From NCBI GenBank assembly GCA_963614595.1, contig CAVECL010000004.1, positions 2,268 through 66,267 of the forward strand: a stretch of 64,000 bases of DNA, given 5' to 3'. Source of the stretch: Parasutterella excrementihominis (GTDB lineage Bacteria; Bacillota_I; Bacilli_A; RFN20; CAG-826). Position 1 is the stretch's first letter, and each line of letters begins with the position of its first letter. The position numbers were made by a program, and so were the translations under genes. This document shows positions 45,583 through 52,728 of this stretch, one piece after another. The notes under the pieces were generated by a model, which saw only the letters and a program-made list of their open reading frames with translations, did no database searches and had not been told where the DNA came from.

Positions 45583-47564
45583 TGTAAGTTTCCTCCTTTT
45601 TCTTGGCTTAGATTTTTGAATAACTCCGCAAAAGTCGAGCCTTTCTTGTAAAAAGCAATAGGCAGGCCTATTGGCGAATCGATTTCTCCTTCCCCTGAAG
45701 GAACCTCTATGTTCGTGAAGAACTGCACCCATTCTCCTTTCGGAAGATAGTAACGATGCCTTGTTTCAGCGGGTCTTAGCACAGGGGAAACTAGAACGTC
45801 TGGGCCGAACATATATTCCCTCTTGTTCACATAGGCTTCTTGCTCATCGAAATAGAAGAAGAGGGGCGCGATCATCGGAGTGTTGTTTTTGTAATACTCT
45901 TCGTAAAGATGCTCGCGATAAGGTTTCAGTCTAACGAAGATGTCCGTGTTTTTGATGAATTCAGGATAGGTGTTGGGATTATCGTATTGGACATTGTTCT
46001 TGGGCTGATTGCCTTCGTGGGTGCGGTAGATCGGCGAGAAGATGTTCATCTCCGCCCAACGGTTGAATAGCTCCGCGTCTCTTTTCATCGGGTACAAGGC
46101 CGTGATGGTCGTGTAGCCTCCGATGTCGCTATGAATGACTCCCGCCCCAGAACAGGCTAAAGAGATGCAGGCTGGGATAACGCTTGCTAAGCCATATTCG
46201 TCTGAGTAATCGACGTGCTGGTCGCCATTCCACATGGAATTCGTGAATTGGAAGGTATGGCCATAAGCCGCTCTAGAGAAGTAGAAGATCTCGTCTTCCT
46301 TCCCTTCTTCCTTGACTGCGTCAAATGAGCACTTCGCCCACATGGTCGGCCAGCGGTTATGGAGTTTCTCGCTCTCTCCGCCATAGCAAACCGAATCGGT
46401 TGGCAAATATTCTCCGAAGTCTGCCATCCAACCTGAGAGGCCGTATTCGATCATGTTCTTCTTGATGATGTCGACGTACCATGCGCGGGCGGTTGGATTG
46501 GTGAGATCCACGATTCCGGCGTTAAAAGTGGTGGATTTGATGTGATAGACGGAGCCGTCTTTATGGCGGATCAGGAAGCCTTTCTTTTTAGCTTCTAGAT
46601 ACATCGGGGCTCCTTCCTTTAAGAAGGTGTTGATGTAGCCAAGAAAACGCACGCCCTCGGAATTCAGTTTCTTGATGATCTCTTTTAAGTTAGGATAAAG
46701 CTTCTCGTCGGCTTTCCAGTTCCAATAGACCTGATAGCCGAAGCTCGTCACGTGATTTCCGCACCAGTCCTGGCACCAAATAGCCGCGATTTTCAGTCCT
46801 TTTTGCTTGGCTTCCTCATATTTCTTGAGCAAAACCTCGCTGCCGCCCTGGATTGCCAGAATGACCCCGTCATTGACCCAGGAAGGCACTTTTGGCTGAA
46901 GCCCAACGAGTTTAGAGACCTCTTGAGATAGACCAAGCATGGAATCCGACGCGATCAGCGAAATCGATTGAGGGATCTGCCTGAATTTGATAAGCAGCTC
47001 ATCCTTTTTGAAGGAAAGAAAGCCATATGTGTCTTCGTGGCAATAAATCGCATAGCCTTTGGAGGACATGAACGACGGCGCGGAGCAATAAGTCTGATGG
47101 TCCTTATACGGGGATTCATGATCCGGCTGAGGGCCATGAAGCCTTTCCCTTAATTGCTTCTTGGCTATTTTCATCACCTGCTGATGCTCGCTGACCCAGA
47201 TGGGGACGTCTTTCCCTTTCAAATCAACGGTGGTGTATTGTTCGCCACAGCCATAGATATGCTCATCTTCAAACGTTTTGAAGCGGAGGGTGAAGCGGTT
47301 GTAGCCCGGATCGACATGGAAATGGAATTTTATCCAGGGGTCTTTGTCGACGATTATCTCTGCCTGAACTTTACCGTCGGTAAAGATGTAGCGCTTCCCG
47401 TCCTGGAAAGAGAAAACCAGCTTATGACGGTCGGTTATATGGTCTTTCGTCTTGAAAGAGCCCCTTGTCATCTTATAGCTTGCCTTGCCTTTGCCAATCA
47501 CCATATAGCAAGAGCCGTCGGTTAGCTGCCGCAAAAAATAGTCGTATAGTTCTTCTTTGCTCAC
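45579..47564 (-). CDS. yihQ: YihQ-family GH31 (sulfoquinovosidase-like) glycosidase
   Basis: GWMADFGEYLPTD, WNGDQHVDY, HSDIGGYTT and RTHEGN blocks match E. coli YihQ as I recall it. GTG start with an AAAGGAGGG RBS. Confidence 0.8.
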   Translation of the reverse strand: MSKEELYDYFLRQLTDGSCYMVIGKGKASYKMTRGSFKTKDHITDRHKLVFSFQDGKRYIFTDGKVQAEIIVDKDPWIKFHFHVDPGYNRFTLRFKTFEDEHIYGCGEQYTTVDLKGKDVPIWVSEHQQVMKIAKKQLRERLHGPQPDHESPYKDHQTYCSAPSFMSSKGYAIYCHEDTYGFLSFKKDELLIKFRQIPQSISLIASDSMLGLSQEVSKLVGLQPKVPSWVNDGVILAIQGGSEVLLKKYEEAKQKGLKIAAIWCQDWCGNHVTSFGYQVYWNWKADEKLYPNLKEIIKKLNSEGVRFLGYINTFLKEGAPMYLEAKKKGFLIRHKDGSVYHIKSTTFNAGIVDLTNPTARAWYVDIIKKNMIEYGLSGWMADFGEYLPTDSVCYGGESEKLHNRWPTMWAKCSFDAVKEEGKEDEIFYFSRAAYGHTFQFTNSMWNGDQHVDYSDEYGLASVIPACISLACSGAGVIHSDIGGYTTITALYPMKRDAELFNRWAEMNIFSPIYRTHEGNQPKNNVQYDNPNTYPEFIKNTDIFVRLKPYREHLYEEYYKNNTPMIAPLFFYFDEQEAYVNKREYMFGPDVLVSPVLRPAETRHRYYLPKGEWVQFFTNIEVPSGEGEIDSPIGLPIAFYKKGSTFAELFKNLSQEKGGNLQ

Positions 47565-47585
47565 GCGTTTCCCTCCTTTGTTTTC

Positions 47586-47638
47586 CTTAATTAATTAAGT
47601 GACTTAAAAATTATAAAGGCAAACTCTTCTCGTTTCAA
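47586..47638 (-). promoter_or_regulatory. promoter TTGAAA-17-TATAAT of the yihQ operon with an AT-rich palindromic operator
   Basis: On the minus strand, -35 is at 47633-47638 and -10 at 47610-47615. TTAATTAA-GTGAC-TTAAAAAT (47591-47611) overlaps the -10 and TSS. CTTAATTAATTAAG (47586-47599) is a perfect 14-bp palindrome. Confidence 0.6.
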
Positions 47639-47749
47639 CATGAGTGGTAGAAAAATACGTAGCTTAACCTATGAAAAGGCCGGTAATTGTTAGTAAAAAT
47701 GGCGTAAAACCTAGAGATGATTTGGAATTGCGCCGTTTTTATTTGTGAC

Positions 47750-48391
47750 TTATTCGATACCGAATAGGTATTTTCGATAAAGCTTTTCCGTCTTTTCTTT
47801 GCCTATGTTTTTGACGAAGACGTCGGTTGAGGCGCCGCCATGCTTAAGCAAGCCATTCACGTAAACGGCTTGGAGGGCTTTCTTCTCTTCCGGATTTATG
47901 CCTTTCGCTTCTTTGATGATCTTGCAGAACTCGTTTAGATAAGCCTCGATGGTTTCGCCGAACAAGACTTTATCTTTTTTGGATTTGTTCGCGGTGGAGA
48001 CGCTTAGGCGGATTGGGTCATACCATGCGGGCTTCGCCTGGTAGGCTGGAACGTCTTTCAGTTTTTCTTTGATCGCCTGAAGGGAAGGATAGTCGGTTTT
48101 CTCTTTTAAGGTGTCGTAGCACTCAATTATGACCGTCTCGTTCTTCATTACTTCGATCGCGTCGTAGCTGAATAATGGGACGTCTTTGGTGAAAACCGTA
48201 AGCATAATCGCGTCCGTCTTCATAAGGCCCAGCATTGCCTTGCCTTTGAGAATCGATAGACGCCCTATTCCTTTTACGTCATAACAGACAACGTTGAACT
48301 TCATCGGTCCGACTTTCATTTTGGCGAATTCGCCGATATCGAGTTTGCTTAGCTCGAAATATTTGCCAAAGATGTTTTCAATGGTTTCCAT
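47750..48391 (-). CDS. hypothetical cytoplasmic protein
   Basis: 213-aa ORF with coding-like composition. There is only a faint resemblance (LTVFTKDVPLFSYDAIEV...ECYDT) to ferredoxin-dependent bilin reductase folds. Confidence 0.45.
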   Translation of the reverse strand: METIENIFGKYFELSKLDIGEFAKMKVGPMKFNVVCYDVKGIGRLSILKGKAMLGLMKTDAIMLTVFTKDVPLFSYDAIEVMKNETVIIECYDTLKEKTDYPSLQAIKEKLKDVPAYQAKPAWYDPIRLSVSTANKSKKDKVLFGETIEAYLNEFCKIIKEAKGINPEEKKALQAVYVNGLLKHGGASTDVFVKNIGKEKTEKLYRKYLFGIE

Positions 48392-48634
48392 AAATGGGTT
48401 TCCTTTGCGGTGAAAATATTAGGTCTTCTTATAAGCCAAAAGCAACCAAAGGCGATGAAACGGTTTGGGTGAAATTGTTGCCTAAATTTTTTTAGCCTAA
48501 AAATTTTTAGGCAACGAAAATCACCGCAAAAACTCATGATTTGTGGAGGCAATGCGGGACTTCGTAGGGATTCCACAGGATTTTCGAAATGCTTAAGGCA
48601 AATTTGTGTTGCTAGTATCTCCTTCCTAAAACTG

Positions 48635-48643
48635 TGTTAAAAT
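48635..48643 (+). promoter_or_regulatory. extended -10 TGTTAAAAT placed 7 nt before the ATG (leaderless candidate)
   Basis: TGnTAAAAT at 48635-48643 and ATG at 48651. No Shine-Dalgarno sequence lies between them. Confidence 0.4.
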
Positions 48644-48650
48644 CCGGGCC

Positions 48651-49172
48651 ATGGTTACCAAAGAAGAAGTGCGATTTTTGCACCTGTTATTTGCTTCCTG
48701 GATTGTTTTGATGGCTTTTGCCGTGGCGACGACCGTTCTTTCCATCGTAAATATTTGGCAAGCCAATTCGATGAACAACAACATCTTCGAATTGCTTTTC
48801 ATGGCGTTCCACATTATTTTGCTAGGCTTCCTGATCATGGTCACCTTAAACGCCTTCAAAAAAGGAAGTCATATCATCAGGTCCCTAACCTATGGAGCCT
48901 ATGAGGGGGCGAGCCTTTTCTACCGCGCTCTTTCTATCCTTATTTTAATAATAGGGATTGCCTTAACTGTATTCGGAATCCTTTTCTTGGCTCCCACGGG
49001 CATTCATGACTTTGGCTTCCCAATCACTTTGAAGTGGGCGATGGTAAATGCGGGGCTGACACTTGCAGTCCTGAGCCTTGCTTTCTTGCTGTTTCCGATT
49101 TTATTCGCGAAGAATCCTACTTTGACCAAGCAAAAAGAAAACGAACTTAATGAAGGGAAAAAACAAAGATGA
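48651..49172 (+). CDS. small 4-5 TM membrane protein, unknown function
   Basis: 173-aa hydrophobic ORF. Its stop overlaps the GH13 start (ATGA). Confidence 0.5.
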   Translation: MVTKEEVRFLHLLFASWIVLMAFAVATTVLSIVNIWQANSMNNNIFELLFMAFHIILLGFLIMVTLNAFKKGSHIIRSLTYGAYEGASLFYRALSILILIIGIALTVFGILFLAPTGIHDFGFPITLKWAMVNAGLTLAVLSLAFLLFPILFAKNPTLTKQKENELNEGKKQR

Positions 49173-50824
49173 AAAAGAAAGCTGCTTTACTAGGGATTAC
49201 CGCCTTATCCCTTGCCGCATTGACGGGATGCAAATCAGGGGCAGACACCGCCGCTTCCGGCAAAAACGCTGAGACGACGTCTATTTACGACCCTCTTGAT
49301 GATGACGAGATCTATTTGCAGAAGGATCCCGCGGACGATTACGTCTACGCGGATTCCAGCAATGAGGACGGGTCGATGAATTATGAGATTTTCGTTCGCT
49401 CATTCTACGATTCTAACGGCGATGGAATCGGTGATCTCAATGGCGTGAAAGCCAAACTCCCTTACATCGCCGACATGGGATATAAAACGATCTGGCTGAT
49501 GCCGATTTTCCCTAGCATGAGTTACCACGGCTATGACGTGACCGACTACTATAACGTCAACGATGATTACGGCACCCTCGAGGACTTCGACTCTTTAATA
49601 AGCGAAGCGAAAAAGCATAACATCGACATCATGCTCGACATGGTTTTGAACCATTGTTCTTTGCAAAACCCTTATTTCGCCGAGGCCTTCGCGGATTATA
49701 AAGCAGGCAAAACCGGCGAGGGCTCGAAGGCTGACTGGTTCAATTTCGGGTCCACGGGCGATCATGTCTATCAAGGCATTCGTTACGAATCCAAATTCGA
49801 TGCGAATATGCCGGACTTTAACCTAGATTCGGAAGGCGTCCGCGCCGAGATGGAAAACATTGTCAAATTCTGGATCGATCGCGGGGTAAAAGGATTCCGT
49901 CTCGATGCGGTGCTTTATTATTACTACCAAGTAACGAATAAAAACGTCGAATTCCTAAATTGGCTTGCGGACACTTGCCATAAATACGATCCTGATTTCT
50001 ATATGGTAGGGGAATGCTGGGCCTCAAGCGCCTTGCTGAACACGTATTTTTCCTCCAAATGCGATTCGTTCTTCGATTTCTCTTTGCCAAGCGGGGGAGA
50101 CAACGTCTGCATAAGCTACCTCAAAGGATATGGGCGAATCGAAAACGTCAGCGAGAACATCGAGAAGAACGAGACCGCCCGGAAGGAGAAGAACCCGGCT
50201 GCTTACACTTCTTATTTTTTGAGCAACCATGACATGGACCGCATCTCCAAGAACTTCACGGACGAGAATGCTTATAAATCAGCCTGTTCTTTCTATGCCT
50301 TGCTTCCCGGAGATGTCTACACCTATTACGGCGAGGAAATCGCCTTAAAAGGCACCCGAGGCACGAATCCGGATGACCAAAACGACGTAAAGCGCCGCTT
50401 GCCCATGATTTGGAGCAAAAACGATAAGACCGGCGAATGCGCCTTTCCGGATAAAAGCCGTCCAGATCTAGACACTACCGAGCAAGTCGAAGAGGGCGTG
50501 GAAGACCAGCGAAGCAAACCTTTTTCTCTTACAAACCATTACAAGATGATGATCCACATAAGGAACAAGTATTCTTGGATCAAACGCGCGACCTACAAAG
50601 ACCTTTCATCCGAGCTTAATACCAGCGAGTACTCGGTGATGGCTTATTCCTTGTCTTGCGGGGATGAGAAAATAATCGTCGTCCATAATTTTTCCAGCCA
50701 TAACGTGGAGGTCGCTTCTCCGGGAAGCGAAATCGTGGACCAAATCAACACGATGCATCGCATCCCGGAGCTGAGCGGAGGTAAGCTTCGCCTTGCCGCC
50801 CATAGCAGCGTAATTCTTAAGTAG
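49169..50824 (+). CDS. GH13 alpha-amylase-family lipoprotein
   Basis: Lipobox AALTGC. GH13 regions I-IV are present: DMVLNH, GFRLDAVLY, GECW, FLSNHD. Confidence 0.9.
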   Translation: MKKKAALLGITALSLAALTGCKSGADTAASGKNAETTSIYDPLDDDEIYLQKDPADDYVYADSSNEDGSMNYEIFVRSFYDSNGDGIGDLNGVKAKLPYIADMGYKTIWLMPIFPSMSYHGYDVTDYYNVNDDYGTLEDFDSLISEAKKHNIDIMLDMVLNHCSLQNPYFAEAFADYKAGKTGEGSKADWFNFGSTGDHVYQGIRYESKFDANMPDFNLDSEGVRAEMENIVKFWIDRGVKGFRLDAVLYYYYQVTNKNVEFLNWLADTCHKYDPDFYMVGECWASSALLNTYFSSKCDSFFDFSLPSGGDNVCISYLKGYGRIENVSENIEKNETARKEKNPAAYTSYFLSNHDMDRISKNFTDENAYKSACSFYALLPGDVYTYYGEEIALKGTRGTNPDDQNDVKRRLPMIWSKNDKTGECAFPDKSRPDLDTTEQVEEGVEDQRSKPFSLTNHYKMMIHIRNKYSWIKRATYKDLSSELNTSEYSVMAYSLSCGDEKIIVVHNFSSHNVEVASPGSEIVDQINTMHRIPELSGGKLRLAAHSSVILK

Positions 50825-50888
50825 CCATCTAATAAATTCGGATTTAGAACCATCTGAATGAGTTTTTTTCGGCGTTTTGAAACAACTG

Positions 50889-50909
50889 TTAATTAACTTC
50901 CTTAAAAAA
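50889..50909. promoter_or_regulatory. 21-bp AT-rich palindrome TTAATTAA-CTTCC-TTAAAAAA
   Basis: Lies in the intergenic region upstream of the SBP operon. Same architecture as the sites at 35161, 38854 and 47591. Confidence 0.5.
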
Positions 50910-51014
50910 CAAGAAAGGGGTTTCAAAAAACTCTTTACAATCAAGTCCGAGTTTCACAAAATAGTGCCATGGATTTATAGAGGAAGGCGCAAGCGCTTTA
51001 TTCTTCACGAAAAA

Positions 51015-51028
51015 TGTAAGCGCTTTTC
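51015..51028 (+). promoter_or_regulatory. cre-like site TGTAAGCGCTTTTC
   Basis: 12/14 match to TGNAANCGNTTNCA, 26 nt upstream of the ATG. A second AAGCGCTTT core lies at 50991-50999. Confidence 0.5.
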
Positions 51029-51053
51029 TCTAGATTATTGAAAGGAGAAAAAA

Positions 51054-52637
51054 ATGAAACTCAATAACAAAATCCTTTTTGCTCTCGCATTAACCCCGGC
51101 GATGCTTTTGGGCTCTTGCAACGGGAGCAATCCTGGCGGTGAATCCGCGGGGGGGTCCAACACGCCTGGCCCGAAAGAGACGGTTAAGATCTGGTGCTCT
51201 GAAGTAGAGGGCGTCGCCACTTCCTTCAAGACCATTGCCGAGAAGTGGGCGAGCGATAACAATCTCAACTATGAATTCGAAGTTACCGGCATCACCGAAG
51301 CGGATCAGGCCACTCAGATGCTTTCTGATGTTTCCGCTGGCGCTGATATCTATTGCTTCGCGCAAGATCAGTTTGCGCGTCTTGTTCAGGGAGCCGCCTT
51401 GTCTGAGCTTGGGCCCGGCGCTTCTGCTTGGGTCAAGGAGAACAACGTTGAAGACTCTATCAATGCCGTTACTTCTGGCGAATCGATTTACGCCTATCCT
51501 TTAACTGCTGACAACGGCTACTTCATGTATTACGACAAGAGCGTTATCGATGCCGATCATCTCGGCAGCCTCGAAGATATTGTCGATGATTGTGAAAAAG
51601 CCGGGAAAAACTTTTCTTTTCAACTCGGTGGATCCGGCTGGTATACCGCTTCTTTCTTCATGTCTCGTGACGAAAAAGGCGACCAACTTTGCCATTCCAA
51701 TTGGACGACGGATAATAAAGGCAAGTTCACTTCAGTCGATGATAACTGGAATTCAGACAACGGCGTGATTGCCGCGAAAGGCATGCAGCATTTGGTGAAA
51801 TCCGATTATTGGATGGATAGCTCAAATGCGGCTGACTTCTCTGCGAGCACTCCATCTGCCGTTGTTGTTTCCGGCTCTTGGGATTATACGAGCGCCAAAA
51901 AGGCTCTTGGCGATAATATGGGCGCCGCTGAGCTTCCGAGTTTCAAAGTAGACGGCAAGTCTTATCATCTCGGTTCTTTCTCCGGCTACAAACTACTCGG
52001 TGTCAAGCCGCAGACTGACTCTACTAGGGCGGCAAATCTCAACAAGCTCGCTCAGGTTTTGACTGGCTATGATGCTGAAATGGCAAGACTTGAGGCGTTT
52101 GGATGGGGCCCCTCCAACAAGCAAGCTCAGGCATCGGACGAATTCAAGGCCAACCCGGCTCTAGGCGCTCTTAGGGCCCAAATCAAGTACGCCACCGTTC
52201 AGGGTCAAATTCATGGCAGTTGGTGGGATATCTCCAAAGTTGTCGGAACCTCGCTTAAAACCGCGGGTACCGACGATGATTCCATCAAAGCCGTCCTCAA
52301 GACTTATAGCGACGCTGTGAGTGGCGTTCTTGGCATGAGTGACGAAGAAAAGCGCGCCTTCACCGTTATCGGCGAATTCGCGACGGCTCCTGTCGATGGC
52401 TGGACTAATTGGATCACCGATCTTCCGATGACCGAAGATCCGGAGGGCACCTGGACCAGCCCTGCGATCACTTTGACCGCTGGTGACAAGTTCAAAGTCC
52501 GTCAGGGCAAATCCTGGGATGTTAATTACGGCAAAAACGGCGACAACTATGTCGTCTCGGAAGAAGAAGCCGGCACCAAGAAGATTCAGCTCGTTTCTAC
52601 TTCTACTACCGGCGTTATCACGCTTCTTGACGCCTAA
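51054..52637 (+). CDS. MalE/CycB-type oligosaccharide-binding lipoprotein with an extra C-terminal CBM-like domain
   Basis: Lipobox LLGSC and an SBP core of about 430 aa. An additional ~94-aa domain (nt 52353-52634; FTVIGEF...GW.NW...M...GTW...LTAGDKFKVRQGKSWDVNYG) follows. Confidence 0.8.
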   Translation: MKLNNKILFALALTPAMLLGSCNGSNPGGESAGGSNTPGPKETVKIWCSEVEGVATSFKTIAEKWASDNNLNYEFEVTGITEADQATQMLSDVSAGADIYCFAQDQFARLVQGAALSELGPGASAWVKENNVEDSINAVTSGESIYAYPLTADNGYFMYYDKSVIDADHLGSLEDIVDDCEKAGKNFSFQLGGSGWYTASFFMSRDEKGDQLCHSNWTTDNKGKFTSVDDNWNSDNGVIAAKGMQHLVKSDYWMDSSNAADFSASTPSAVVVSGSWDYTSAKKALGDNMGAAELPSFKVDGKSYHLGSFSGYKLLGVKPQTDSTRAANLNKLAQVLTGYDAEMARLEAFGWGPSNKQAQASDEFKANPALGALRAQIKYATVQGQIHGSWWDISKVVGTSLKTAGTDDDSIKAVLKTYSDAVSGVLGMSDEEKRAFTVIGEFATAPVDGWTNWITDLPMTEDPEGTWTSPAITLTAGDKFKVRQGKSWDVNYGKNGDNYVVSEEEAGTKKIQLVSTSTTGVITLLDA

Positions 52638-52660
52638 TTGAATCTGAAGCGATAAACATA

Positions 52661-52699
52661 GGGTGGGGTTTAATTCACTTTTGCCCCACCCTTTTGGTC
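52661..52699 (+). terminator. intrinsic terminator/attenuator between SBP and permease genes
   Basis: GGGTGGGG (52661-52668) / CCCCACCC (52684-52691) with a 15-nt loop, then TTTTGGTCTTTT. Confidence 0.65.
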
Positions 52700-52728
52700 T
52701 TTTATAAAGTGATGACGAAAGGCGAACT

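Noticed and set aside
45583-45732. N-terminal extensions of ORF-track entries (e.g. 44902-45732, 42731-44116, 44064-44930, 29784-31277, 10526-12043, 40450-41463)
   Set aside because: The extensions overlap the preceding gene and begin at non-ATG or RBS-less codons. Internal ATGs with GGAG-type RBSs give canonical family N-termini, so shorter coordinates were used.
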